Origin: Candidatus Poribacteria bacterium
GTDB taxonomy: Bacteria; Poribacteria; WGA-4E; WGA-3G
Reading direction: 5' to 3'
DNA length: 64,000 nucleotides
Assembly: GCA_965197475.1 (NCBI GenBank)
Contig: CBDANF010000003.1
Coordinates: 2,208,001 to 2,272,000 of the forward strand
Shown here: positions 1 through 10,035 of the stretch, piece by piece
Numbering within the stretch: position 1 is the stretch's first letter
How the letters are laid out: each line of letters begins with the position of its first letter
Position numbers and translations under genes: made by a program
Notes under the pieces: model-generated
Database searches by the model: none
The model's input: the letters and a program-made list of their open reading frames with translations, nothing else
What the model was told of the DNA's origin: nothing

Positions 1-270
1 GGCATGATAGAGTTCTACAGCGATTTCACGTTCTTCCTCTGTAACTCCAATAAGCATTTGCCCCTCTAAATTTCGGATAGAGAAATCTTCAACATCTGTG
101 CCTTCGCCAACTGTAATAGTGTATATCTCACCATCACTCGCTTGTATATGGTAATCTCTCGCTGCAACTGACATCGGTAAAACCAGCATGAATAACAGTA
201 GACTCAGCACCCCAATAACGTTTTTAACATTTACTTTCCAACCGTGTAATAAATGACAATGAAATCGCAT
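1..270 (-). CDS. Secreted hypothetical protein, N-terminal part (runs off the window start)
   Basis: Manual translation MRFHCHLLHGWKVNVKNVIGVLSLLLFMLVLPMSVAARDY...; signal-peptide-like segment; AGGAG upstream of the ATG at 270. Confidence 0.6.
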   Translation of the reverse strand, partial: MRFHCHLLHGWKVNVKNVIGVLSLLLFMLVLPMSVAARDYHIQASDGEIYTITVGEGTDVEDFSIRNLEGQMLIGVTEEEREIAVELYHA

Positions 271-503
271 AATAAATCTCCTTTTAACATATTTGCTTAA
301 AAGACACTCTATTTGTCAATTTTTTTAGATATATAAAGCATGAAAAGATTATATCATTGTAAATCATATTAAGTCAAATCTAAAATTAATTTTTATTTAA
401 ATATATATTGACTTTAAATGAATAAATTAATGACATCTGTCTAAATTGAATCTGTAGATTCTCTTAGAAAATGAGATGGGATGGGGACTTTTGGAAGGTA
501 TTA

Positions 504-577
504 TACCAAATTAACTTGATTCAACTTGTCCGCGCGCTGTCCGCCAGAAAAATAAGATTGATCCTGTTAATTTGGTA
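504..577. mobile_element. MITE, TACCAAATTAAC terminal inverted repeat (TIR) family, copy 1
   Basis: TTA|TACCAAATTAAC...GTTAATTTGGTA|TTA; same ends at 7407-7494 and 62836-62923. Confidence 0.8.
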
Positions 578-1105
578 TTATTTCATCAACCGCTCAACAA
601 TTTTGTCAACAATCCCCTCAGCACGTTCCCGAATCTGATCCGGTGTTAGACTCTGGATCGGATGCGCAACGGTGAGCGGTTCTAATTCATTATATCCAAG
701 CACACGTGCCTGAACTTTTCCCGCCGCGAAAAAGACCTCTGTACATACTGCCACACTCGGCACGCCGCGTTCCTCTAAAACACTCCCATCGTGCATACTG
801 CACGATATACAGGAACCTCAGTCAGCAAGTCCTTCAATGACGAAATCAACTTGTTCAGCAAGGTCATCAAGCAGCGCAATCGGTGCTGGACGCGCGAACG
901 TCGGTTTTTTGACACGGACAACTTCAGCAATATCAAAACGTTCGCGCATTAATTCTTCAACCCGATCAAGGAAAATATCACTGCCGTTTTTAGTGATATC
1001 CAATAATCCCATTACTTTTCCATCAAAATTCTCAAGCCGTGGTGCAAGAAATTTCACGGCTGCATCCGCTTGAGCGGTGGGATCAAGTAAAGTAACGTTT
1101 ATCAT
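578..1105 (-). CDS. UGSC-family selenoprotein (thioredoxin-like), 175 aa, Sec at TGA 818-820
   Basis: ORFs 818..1105 and 578..796 are in frame and read ...EGLAD-TGA-GSCISCSMHDG...; UGSC motif. Confidence 0.9.
788..806 (-). promoter_or_regulatory. Putative bacterial SECIS hairpin
   Basis: Perfect 8-bp stem ATCGTGCA-GTA-TGCACGAT beginning 11 nt 3' of the in-frame TGA. Confidence 0.7.
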
Positions 1106-1117
1106 AATCGAATATCC

Positions 1118-1450
1118 TTATGTGGTTGGAGGGGACGTTTCCATCTGGACCTGTTGTGACTTTGCCATAGCATCCTCCGCTTCTTGGATCATCCCTTTTC
1201 GTTGATAGCAAATAGATAAACTTGTGTAAGCAAGCGGATCATTCGGATTGATTTCAATCGCTTTCTGAACAGCTTCAATAGCTTCATCGTATTGACCAAG
1301 CCGTTCGTAAGCATGCCCTAATCCGAGATACCCCTCAATATAGTCTGGATAAACCTCAATAAGTTCCTTAAAAGCTTTAACTGCCGCCTCTAAATCATTT
1401 TCTGCGAAATGCGTAAGTGCTACATCGTAAAGTTCTTCTTGTGTTGCCAT
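1118..1450 (-). CDS. Tetratricopeptide repeat protein
   Basis: TPR consensus (YLGLGHAYERLGQYDEAIEAVQKAIEINPNDPLAY). Confidence 0.9.
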   Translation of the reverse strand: MATQEELYDVALTHFAENDLEAAVKAFKELIEVYPDYIEGYLGLGHAYERLGQYDEAIEAVQKAIEINPNDPLAYTSLSICYQRKGMIQEAEDAMAKSQQVQMETSPPTT

Positions 1451-1559
1451 TTTTTCTTCCTTACAAAATTTGAATACATTTTAACAGAAACCGAAGCGAA
1501 AGTCAATTGGAATTTATTCTTTGGGCAGGGCTATTTAGTTTTAAGAATATTCATTCTAT

Positions 1560-1860
1560 GAGTTTAACTTCGAGTTTAGGTTTTGTCGCCGACACTGCGT
1601 TGTGTGAGTGTGATCCCAAACTCGTGAGAGATGGCAGAAAACAAGCGTTTTATTATCGCATCCTGTTTGTCGGTAGAACACATTGTTTGGCCATCGATTG
1701 CGACCACAGTGAAACAATCTATCAAATCGGGATGACTTTCAAGGACTGTGTTTACCCATTTTGTCAGTGCCTCTTCTAATGCCACAACATCCGAATTTCT
1801 CAAAAGATTATGGATCGTTGCGGGACAAGGTGTTGTCTTGTGTGAAACCGAGTGCTTTTG
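1560..1860 (-). pseudogene. ISAs1-family transposase remnant
   Basis: TPCPATIHNLL...VVAIDGQTMCS...LFSAISHEFGITLTQRSVGDKT-stop resembles the ISAs1 IDGKTLRGS...DKTNEI segment; truncated on both sides. Confidence 0.7.
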
Positions 1861-1949
1861 CGAGTTCCGGTTGAGTCGGCCCTCGTTATCTTCCACCTCC
1901 CAATCTTTCCAACATACAGGCTTTAAAGACGACTTTAACGCAAAAATAC

Positions 1950-2717
1950 TCAACGAAACCACTTGACCATGATAGGGAAAATCAGGAGAGATAATACACA
2001 AAACAAGCAAATGTTCCATGCCCACAGATGCGTTGCCCCTGATCGAAAAATTGATAATAGTGCACAGACCGGACTTATCGCACCTAACATCGGGATGTCC
2101 GAAAATGGTGTTATCGGAATCAGTGGTAGAAATGTAATGGCAATTACGCATCCCAAACAGATGCCTTTTGCGCGAATTGCGGTGTGCCACAACGTAAACC
2201 CAATGCCGATCAGTGCGAAAAAGACACAACTCACCAATATCACCATTCCACATTTCACTAACTGCCAAATCGCTAACCCCCCTATGTAGCTTGAAAGCAC
2301 GAATAACGGAATTGTCAACCATATACCCCATAATGCCCAAATCACAACTGCAATCAACTTCCCACCTAAGATTTTCCAATTAGCCAACGGTGTTAAAGCT
2401 AACAGCGCACCGTTTCCATTTTCTTCGTGTAGACCATCATGTGAAAAAGCCTGAGAACGTTCCATATTCATTGCCTCAACACCATGTTTCGACACAAAAA
2501 ATTGTGTAATGAAAAGGCAGATGATCAAAAGCGTATATGTCTGTTTTCCTACATCAATTGAATTTCCGTTTCGTTGCGTGTCTATTCCTTGTGCGTAGAA
2601 CTCTACTGTACCAACAAAAATCAGCAGCGCAAAGACGCATATAAAAATGAACTGGATAATCCGGTATTTGCGTGAATTGGAATATGAACGAAGATCTTTA
2701 AGGATGATAGCTAACAT
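1950..2717 (-). CDS. Multi-TM membrane protein, ABC-2 permease-like
   Basis: About 6 TM segments; ALLALTPLANWKILGGKL matches an ABC permease-type pattern. Confidence 0.6.
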   Translation of the reverse strand: MLAIILKDLRSYSNSRKYRIIQFIFICVFALLIFVGTVEFYAQGIDTQRNGNSIDVGKQTYTLLIICLFITQFFVSKHGVEAMNMERSQAFSHDGLHEENGNGALLALTPLANWKILGGKLIAVVIWALWGIWLTIPLFVLSSYIGGLAIWQLVKCGMVILVSCVFFALIGIGFTLWHTAIRAKGICLGCVIAITFLPLIPITPFSDIPMLGAISPVCALLSIFRSGATHLWAWNICLFCVLSLLIFPIMVKWFR

Positions 2718-2881
2718 AATTGTATTTGAGAGTAAAGATATCTAACAATTCTTGAAATTATATAATTCAAAGCAAAAGTATTTTCATTGACGGATTTTCA
2801 CAAAGATGCTATTTTTTGTACATCGGTAAAACCTATAACGCAACCTTGATAAAAGTCGCAGTGTAAAACAAGGAGAAATCC

Positions 2882-4072
2882 ATGTCAAAACTCAATATCG
2901 CTTTGGTCGGTGCTGGACGACGGGGTGCTGGTGCACATCTGCCTGTCATTGCAAAACTGAAAGATGTTTACAATCTTGTCGCAATTTGCGATATAGACGC
3001 AGAAACAGCAACGCGCTACGCAAAACAATACGGCGCGAATCCGTACACAAACGTGCGTGATCTTATCGCGCATGAAGAACTTGATGTCGTAGACATCACC
3101 GTGCCGGGTGTAGCACATCACGCGATCGCATGTTTTATGGCGGATGCAGGTATTCATATCCTCTGTGAAACCCCTATTGCGGTAACTCTCCTAACATCTG
3201 ACATGATGATTGAAAGTGCAAAAGCAAATAACGTTAAACTTGAAGTCGCAGAAAATTATTATCGGGCACCACGGGAAAGGTTTCTATCAAAGGTAATTGA
3301 CGCAGGCATTATCGGTGATGTCGCTCGGATTTACCGAATTTTCTATGAAGGCGGCTACCACGGTATGAGTATGCTCCGTCTACGCGCAGGCGGTGAACCG
3401 AAATCTGCACTCGGTATAACGCAATCAAGTCCTGTAATTCCCATTATTGATCGTATGAAACGCAATCATACTAATGAAAATTGGAGCCTCGGCTTTATTG
3501 AATTTGACAACAATGCAACCGCAATTATGATATACTCCAATGTCATCCATGCTCGTTCCTTAGGACGGGGACAAACAGGCATTTCACAAATTGATGGCAG
3601 TAAAGGCACCATCGTAGGAGACGAAATCTACGTGACACCCGAAGCAGACCTGCAATCCGGTGCAAAAGGCATCGCTTACCGTCCCAAACGCACCACGATT
3701 GAGGTGGATGGTGTAGATGTTATAGAGAAGATTGAACTGGAACTCCCAGAACAAACGGTGACTTGGGAAAACCCACTCAAGCACTACCCACTTTCCGAAG
3801 GACAAATTGCGGTAGCAGATGAACTCCTCAGCATCGCTACAGCAGTACTTAATGATACTGAACCGGAATACGGTGCAGCTCTTGCAAGACAGGATCAGGA
3901 AATGAATATCGCCATGAACGAATCTGGAAAACGTAGCAGAGAAACGCTCCTTTTCCCGTTGACCGAACTCACTGAAACTGAACGCAGCACTCACGAAAAC
4001 TATCAAAAACAGAATGGACATCCGATCGAAGATGTTCAAGCTGGAATTGATATCTTCTTCCCCCGTCGTTGA
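2882..4072 (+). CDS. Gfo/Idh/MocA family oxidoreductase
   Basis: Rossmann IALVGAGRRG; HILCETP (EKP variant). Confidence 0.9.
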   Translation: MSKLNIALVGAGRRGAGAHLPVIAKLKDVYNLVAICDIDAETATRYAKQYGANPYTNVRDLIAHEELDVVDITVPGVAHHAIACFMADAGIHILCETPIAVTLLTSDMMIESAKANNVKLEVAENYYRAPRERFLSKVIDAGIIGDVARIYRIFYEGGYHGMSMLRLRAGGEPKSALGITQSSPVIPIIDRMKRNHTNENWSLGFIEFDNNATAIMIYSNVIHARSLGRGQTGISQIDGSKGTIVGDEIYVTPEADLQSGAKGIAYRPKRTTIEVDGVDVIEKIELELPEQTVTWENPLKHYPLSEGQIAVADELLSIATAVLNDTEPEYGAALARQDQEMNIAMNESGKRSRETLLFPLTELTETERSTHENYQKQNGHPIEDVQAGIDIFFPRR

Positions 4073-4177
4073 CATAATAGCATTTCCAGAAAATTGAGTC
4101 AACTTTTTGGCTTTACCACGGATGTAAATATTTTGTCACATAGGTTCAATGGACGAAGCGTGTGGCGCGTTTTCAAC

Positions 4178-4203
4178 TGTAGGGCGGGTCCCTGTGCCCC
4201 GCC
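4178..4203 (+). repeat. GTAG-type REP-like palindrome
   Basis: GTAG-GGCGGG...CCCGCC, intergenic. Confidence 0.55.
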
Positions 4204-4422
4204 GAATCATGCAGAATACCACACGCGTATTCTGTCACGCGCATGAGGCGTTGATTCCCTACTTTAGTCAAACTCATGTTACGTATTTGTCCGTATTGTC
4301 AATTTTTGTAATCATACCAATGACCCAAAATTATCAAATTTTGTTGTTCAATATATATATTATATGATATACTTATAAATTATATCGGCCTGCCACATTT
4401 CATCAAAGGAGGAACAAAGGAG

Positions 4423-4635
4423 ATGGGAATAGGCGGAATGGAGATATTTTTTATCTTGGTAGCTGCCTTGATAATTTTTGGCCCACAAAAGTTGCCGGAA
4501 ATGGGACGATCTTTAGGAAAAGCTATTCGAGAATTTAAGAGTGCCGGTAGCGAGATACAAGATGAAATTACAAAGGCAACAAACGACATAGATATTGATC
4601 CAGATAAAACAATCAAACCCCCGAAATCAGTCTAA
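4423..4635 (+). CDS. tatA: Twin-arginine translocase TatA/E
   Basis: LIIFGPQKLPEMGRSLGKAIREFK. Confidence 0.95.
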   Translation: MGIGGMEIFFILVAALIIFGPQKLPEMGRSLGKAIREFKSAGSEIQDEITKATNDIDIDPDKTIKPPKSV

Positions 4636-4655
4636 GTCCGTAAACAAGAATCATT

Positions 4656-5483
4656 ATGGAATCTAACGATGTTGAAATGAGTATCTGGGAGCATCTTGAG
4701 GAACTCCGACGACGTATTATAATTTCTCTCGTTGCTTTAGGTGTTTTTACGGTCCTAGGGTTGTCCTTTACTAAGCCAATTAGATATGTTCTTGAGCTCC
4801 CAATGAAGAGTCCTATAACCAATCTGATTGCCAACGCAATTGAAACAACGGCTGGCGTAGAAGGGTCAACACTCGGTTTTTTGGCACTCGCTTTGCGCGC
4901 TGGAGGATCAAATGTGAGAGCTGAACTCATCCTAACGGGTGCTTTTCAAGGTATCATGGCATACCTAACAATTGGAATTACTACTGGCGTATTGCTTTCA
5001 CTACCGATAATTCTTTATCAAATCTGGATGTTTGTGTTTCCAGCGTTGAATAGATCGGAACAGCGATTTGCGTTACCACTTTTCTTCACAATCATCTTCT
5101 TCTTTTTGCTGGGAGCTGTTTTCGCTTATTTTATCGTTGTTCCAGTTGTGTTGCAATTCGCAGCGGGTCTTTTTCCAGAATTTCAAAATCTTTGGGATTT
5201 GAAAGGATATATTAGTTTTGTAACAGGATTAATTTTAGGATTCGGTATCGCTTTTGAGTTACCGATAGTAATGGCGTTTCTTGCACGTATCGGGGTTATT
5301 GACTGGCGTGGTTTTCGTGGGAAACAACGATATGCCTTGTTAGGTATTTGTGTGATGTCAGCTTTGTTAACCCCTGCAGATCCGGGTTCAATGCTCCTGA
5401 TGGCATTCCCACTCTTCATTTTGTATCAATTGGGTATTTTTTTCGCATACCTCGTTGAAAAGGAGGCTGAATATAATGGCTAA
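4656..5483 (+). CDS. tatC: Twin-arginine translocase TatC
   Basis: MSIWEHLEELRRR, YQIWMFVFPAL, FELP, LTPADP. Confidence 0.95.
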   Translation: MESNDVEMSIWEHLEELRRRIIISLVALGVFTVLGLSFTKPIRYVLELPMKSPITNLIANAIETTAGVEGSTLGFLALALRAGGSNVRAELILTGAFQGIMAYLTIGITTGVLLSLPIILYQIWMFVFPALNRSEQRFALPLFFTIIFFFLLGAVFAYFIVVPVVLQFAAGLFPEFQNLWDLKGYISFVTGLILGFGIAFELPIVMAFLARIGVIDWRGFRGKQRYALLGICVMSALLTPADPGSMLLMAFPLFILYQLGIFFAYLVEKEAEYNG

Positions 5484-6219
5484 CGAATCTTTGCGGCAAC
5501 AACTCGCTTTGCTCTACCAGCTCCAGGAGCAGGACAGGGAGATGTTGTCTTTCCACCAACAATTACAAACTATTCCTCGTCATATTGAACAATTGGATGC
5601 AAGTGTTACAAAATTTAAAGTGGAAATTACCGCAAAATCTGATGAGCTTGCCGAAGTTGAAAAATCACAACGCTCCAAAAACGCTGAATTAGAAATGAAT
5701 GAGGTTCAACGCGAAAAATATAAGAAGGAACAACGCGAAGTTACCTCAAATGAAGCCTATATCGCACTTGAAAATCAGATTGAATATCTTGATCAGAAGG
5801 ATGCAGAGTCAGAAGAAGAAATCTTAGAACTGATGGAAAAGGGCGATCAGTTGAAGGTAGAATTGACAGAACTTGAAGCCGATGTCGCTCGCGAAGATGA
5901 AAAAACTACTCAGAGAAAAAACGAGTTCCGGGAGGAACAGAAACTTTTAGAAGCACGGATAAATGATAAATTAGAAAAGCGGAACACATTTATCCCGAAA
6001 ATTGACAAGAAACTTACCACACAGTACCATCGCTGGATGGAACGGCATAAAACCGATTTTGTCGCGTTGGGAAAAAATGGAACTTGTGGAAGTTGCTGTC
6101 TCACAATCCAGCCGCAAAACCTCAAGGAAGCGCAAAAATATGAAAAATTGGTTTATTGCTCCAGTTGTAAACGAGTACTTTATGTTGAACCCGCGACTTC
6201 GAATATACCCTTTCCATAG
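5476..6219 (+). CDS. Coiled-coil C4 zinc-ribbon protein (DUF164/CT398-like)
   Basis: Long coiled coil plus CGSC...CSSCKRVLY; likely start MANES at 5476. Confidence 0.85.
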   Translation: MANESLRQQLALLYQLQEQDREMLSFHQQLQTIPRHIEQLDASVTKFKVEITAKSDELAEVEKSQRSKNAELEMNEVQREKYKKEQREVTSNEAYIALENQIEYLDQKDAESEEEILELMEKGDQLKVELTELEADVAREDEKTTQRKNEFREEQKLLEARINDKLEKRNTFIPKIDKKLTTQYHRWMERHKTDFVALGKNGTCGSCCLTIQPQNLKEAQKYEKLVYCSSCKRVLYVEPATSNIPFP

Positions 6220-6271
6220 CGAAACTTTATAAACGGTTTTCACGTTTGTAAAATAGTGTGGAGTCGTCTCT

Positions 6272-6598
6272 GTGCCATTTATTGATATTAATATTCAACC
6301 TGAAAAACAAGTTTTTGATGGGGTTACAATTCGCACAATCCATGGCGAAAAACTCATGATGTCCTATGTCCATCTGCAACCGCACAGCACGGTCACAGAG
6401 CATAGCCACCTACATGAACAGATGGGCATCGTTTTAGAAGGCACTTTTGAATTGACTATTGACAGGGAATCACGAACGCTCAAAAAAGGTGATACTTACC
6501 TTATCCCCTCTCACATAAAACATAGTGCTAAGGCATTTGACACAACGGCAATAGTCCTTGATATTTTTAGCCCGCCCCGGGAAGATTATATATCTTGA
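6272..6598 (+). CDS. Cupin domain protein
   Basis: HSHLHEQ...H motif, DIFSPPREDY. Confidence 0.9.
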   Translation: MPFIDINIQPEKQVFDGVTIRTIHGEKLMMSYVHLQPHSTVTEHSHLHEQMGIVLEGTFELTIDRESRTLKKGDTYLIPSHIKHSAKAFDTTAIVLDIFSPPREDYIS

Positions 6599-7365
6599 CA
6601 ACAAAGTTATTCTATACAATTAATGAATTAACCGAAACCCGTTTAGTCAAGGCGGGAATTAGTCTACGTTCTGGTGGCGTTAGCAAAGCACCTTACGCCT
6701 CTCTTAATTTAGCGCGTCATGTAGGAGACACCCCAACTGCGGTTTTTCAAAACCAACAAATCTTCTCTGCCCAAACCGGTATTAAAGCACTTAAATATTG
6801 TCAGCAAATTCACAGTGACACTGTTATCAATGCAGATGCTATAACAAGTTCATTTTGGAACGTTGAAAATCAAAACAATTCCCATAAAACTGGAGATGGC
6901 CTGATTTCAGCGCAGCAAGGAAATACTTTAGGTATCTTCTCTGCGGATTGTGTCCCGATATTCATCTTGGATATGGCAACACCAGCTATCGGTATAGCAC
7001 ATGCTGGTTGGCGCGGCACCTTAGCACAAATTGCTACCAAAACCGTAGCACAAATGAATGCCAATTTCGGCACTCTCACAGAAAATTGTCTTATCCATTT
7101 AGGACCCTCTATCCAGAAGTGTTGTTATAATGTAAGTCCAGATTTGATCGTTCAGTTTGTCAACCATTTTGGTAGTACCGTACATAATGGACTTCGTCTG
7201 AGTCTACAGACAGCTAACTTTCGCCAATTGGTGGATGCTGGTGTAGCACCTGATTCAATTTCAATATCGCGTTTTTGTACTGCCTGTAGCACAGATAAAT
7301 TTTATTCATATCGTGCTGAGGGAGAGCAAACAGGGAGAATGCTGTCATTTATACAACTCATATAA
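6595..7365 (+). CDS. pgeF: YfiH/PgeF purine nucleoside phosphorylase (laccase-domain) protein
   Basis: SLNLARHVGD, QIHS, ADCVP, HAGWRG, FYSYR, TGRM. Confidence 0.92.
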   Translation: MTTKLFYTINELTETRLVKAGISLRSGGVSKAPYASLNLARHVGDTPTAVFQNQQIFSAQTGIKALKYCQQIHSDTVINADAITSSFWNVENQNNSHKTGDGLISAQQGNTLGIFSADCVPIFILDMATPAIGIAHAGWRGTLAQIATKTVAQMNANFGTLTENCLIHLGPSIQKCCYNVSPDLIVQFVNHFGSTVHNGLRLSLQTANFRQLVDAGVAPDSISISRFCTACSTDKFYSYRAEGEQTGRMLSFIQLI

Positions 7366-7406
7366 ACAAAGTAATAAAACATCTCATCAGGTTCAAGAGT
7401 GAGTTA

Positions 7407-7494
7407 TACCAAATTAACGGATTAGTCTTATTTTTCTTGGCAGACAGCGCGCTTACAAAGCACGCCTACCGAGTGGGATCAAGTTAATTTGGTA
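7407..7494. mobile_element. MITE, TACCAAATTAAC TIR family, copy 2
   Basis: 12-bp TIRs with TTA duplication; internal REP-like GCGCGCTTACAAAGCACGCCTAC. Confidence 0.8.
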
Positions 7495-7685
7495 TTAGAC
7501 AATATTTTTCACGGAGGCAGCACAAAACCTAAAAATTTTTCTCCTAATACTGAACCCATCAAGCAATCTAAGTAATAAGACTTACGGCTATTGGCATTGA
7601 AACAAATTTGCATTGCCGATAAAAAAATGGTATCATTAAGTGACCGACGTTAGTCTTCGGTCTGAGACCAAAGTGAGAATTGGAA

Positions 7686-7988
7686 ATGCGTTCTTTTTTT
7701 GCATCGCTATCAATCTTAATGAGCATTATAGGTCTCATCTTTATCATGCGGGGTTGTATCCATCCCAGTACATATCAAAAGGAGTTGTCTAAGGAAACAA
7801 CGACCGCAGTTAGAGTCACGCAAGTTTATACTGAGGCTACCCATATTGTTATCGTGGGTATTGGGATTGTGAGTTTAGGAATATTGACAGCTTTTATCGG
7901 TATCCTGATCTGCACAGAAGAAGTGAAAAATCTGTATTTACGCTGCATTGATAAAGTTAAACAGAATTTAAAAGATTCACACGGTTGA
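7686..7988 (+). CDS. Small 2-TM hypothetical protein
   Basis: Two hydrophobic segments. Confidence 0.5.
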   Translation: MRSFFASLSILMSIIGLIFIMRGCIHPSTYQKELSKETTTAVRVTQVYTEATHIVIVGIGIVSLGILTAFIGILICTEEVKNLYLRCIDKVKQNLKDSHG

Positions 7989-8094
7989 ATAACACCGCAA
8001 CTTGTAAGCGCGCTATTAGCGAGTCTCAAAATTCCAGATTTACTGTAAAAAAATCACATATTTGAGTAACGTCTCAGTGTAAGGAGAATAGCAA

Positions 8095-8823
8095 TTGAAC
8101 CAGATTGCTGAAAACCTTGCAAGTGTCAAGGAACGTATTGTGGCAGCTGCGGAAAGGAGCGGTCGCGAGGCACCCACAATTAAGCTTGTTGCTGTTACAA
8201 AAGGACGTTCAGTAAAAGAGATTCAGGCAGTTCTTGGTGTTGGACTTACCACTATCGGTGAAAACCGGGTGCAGGAAGCGCAGCAGAAATACGATCAAGT
8301 TCGATCTTTTTTCGGAACAGTACCAAACACAGCTGCAACCGATCAAACATGTGAATGGCATCTTGTCGGACACCTTCAAAGAAATAAAGTAAAGTCCGCT
8401 TTGGAAATGTTTACATTGATACATTCCGTTGATAGTTTGAGACTTTTAGCGGAGATCGCGCGCCGGGCAGAAGAACAGACAAAACAGACAGATATTTTAA
8501 TTCAAATAAATACAACTGGCGAGGCAAGCAAATTCGGTTTAAATGTGGAGGATGTGCACGACTTTATGGAAAAATCATTGGCGTATTCGGGCGCACGCAT
8601 TGTTGGCTTAATGACGATGGGTATGTTAAGTCCTTCTGCTGATGCAAACCGTCCAGCTTTTGCTTTGTTGAGAAATATTGCAGAAAAGGTAACGACTGAG
8701 AAATTCCCTGGGGTAACGATGCAATATCTCTCCATGGGAATGACAAACGATTTTGAAGTTGCAATTGAAGAAGGCGCGAACCTTGTTAGAATAGGTAGAG
8801 CAATTTTCGGAAATGTCAGTTAA
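8095..8823 (+). CDS. yggS: PLP homeostasis protein YggS
   Basis: LVAVTK, GENRVQE, WHLVGHLQRNK, LSMGMTND, VRIGRAIFG. Confidence 0.95.
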   Translation: MNQIAENLASVKERIVAAAERSGREAPTIKLVAVTKGRSVKEIQAVLGVGLTTIGENRVQEAQQKYDQVRSFFGTVPNTAATDQTCEWHLVGHLQRNKVKSALEMFTLIHSVDSLRLLAEIARRAEEQTKQTDILIQINTTGEASKFGLNVEDVHDFMEKSLAYSGARIVGLMTMGMLSPSADANRPAFALLRNIAEKVTTEKFPGVTMQYLSMGMTNDFEVAIEEGANLVRIGRAIFGNVS

Positions 8824-8903
8824 CACAAACCTATATTTATGGTGAAATACAAAAATATAGATATCAATTGGTAGGTGCTGATTGAGATACTGTTAGGAGT
8901 AAA

Positions 8904-9740
8904 ATGGTGGTAGAAAACCCAAAATTAGGTGTGATTGGCATAGGGAAAATGGGCGGTATCATCGCAAGGAGTATTGTTGACCGTCTGCTTCCAGCTGATC
9001 AGATTTGGATTACCGATCTGGACAAGGACCTTGTTACCCAACTCTGTGATGAAAAAAGTGTGAACGCTGCCTCAGACATTGAGGAACTCATCCAAAAGAC
9101 AGATATTATTCTCTGTGCCGTTCCACCTGTAGCTGTGCCGCACATCCTTCCACAAGTAGCGCAACACCTATCATCACCACAATGGCTCATTAGTATCGCA
9201 GCTGGAGTTACAACTAAAACGCTTGAATCATATTTTGAAAACCCGCCGCCGGTTGTTCGTGTGATGCCGAATATTGCGGCTTCCGCTGAAGCAGCGATCT
9301 CTGTGTTAACACCAGGCAGTGCTGCGGATGAGAAACATCTCTCCATAGCGCAAAAGATATTCAATACTTGTGGAACTACATTAGTCATGGAGGAACGCCA
9401 TCTGAATGCGGTTACAGGAGTCAGCGGCAGCGGTCCTGCTTATGTTGCGCTTTTTATAGAAGCATTAGCGGATGCGGGGGTACATGTCGGTTTACCTCGG
9501 CAGGAAGCACAAACACTCGCAACCCATACGGTTTTCGGTGCAGCAAAAATGTTGGCAGAGTCGCAGGAACACCCAGCTGTTCTCAAAAACCGAGTTACAA
9601 CACCAGGTGGAACAACAGCTGCCGGTCTCCATGTGCTGGAGCGGGGAAGTTTGCGCGCTACACTTGCTGAGGCTATACTTGCCGCTACAAAACGTGCAAA
9701 ACAACTTGACTCTGAAAATAGGAAAGGGAATATACACTAA
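8904..9740 (+). CDS. proC: Pyrroline-5-carboxylate reductase
   Basis: GIGKMG, RVMPN, SGSGPAY, VTTPGGTT. Confidence 0.95.
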   Translation: MVVENPKLGVIGIGKMGGIIARSIVDRLLPADQIWITDLDKDLVTQLCDEKSVNAASDIEELIQKTDIILCAVPPVAVPHILPQVAQHLSSPQWLISIAAGVTTKTLESYFENPPPVVRVMPNIAASAEAAISVLTPGSAADEKHLSIAQKIFNTCGTTLVMEERHLNAVTGVSGSGPAYVALFIEALADAGVHVGLPRQEAQTLATHTVFGAAKMLAESQEHPAVLKNRVTTPGGTTAAGLHVLERGSLRATLAEAILAATKRAKQLDSENRKGNIH

Positions 9741-10000
9741 TGCTTCTTGCCTATATTCTCAGTCGATTGCTTAATATTTATACGGTGATCGTCTTCGCGC
9801 ACGTGTTCCTTTCATGGATAGTGTTCGGCACGAAAAATTCAGTCATTCGTAGAATCTATATAGTTACAGGTCAATTGGTTGATCCGCTTCTGCAACCGAT
9901 TCGAAACCTGCTATATCCGATGACTCGAAATATTGGAATTGATCTTTCGCCAATAATTTTACTTGTGCTCTTACAAATTCTGAATTCATGGTTAATTTAG
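9740..10000 (+). CDS. yggT: YggT family membrane protein
   Basis: DPLLQPIR...GIDLSPII; yggS-proC-yggT synteny. Confidence 0.9.
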   Translation: MLLAYILSRLLNIYTVIVFAHVFLSWIVFGTKNSVIRRIYIVTGQLVDPLLQPIRNLLYPMTRNIGIDLSPIILLVLLQILNSWLI

Positions 10001-10035
10001 TCAGCGTACTCTTTCAGCCATGTCTATACTATATC

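Noticed and set aside
1576-2379. 267-aa ORF overlapping the permease gene
   Set aside because: Only its 3' end is transposase-like; the rest is an off-frame overlap with 1950..2717.
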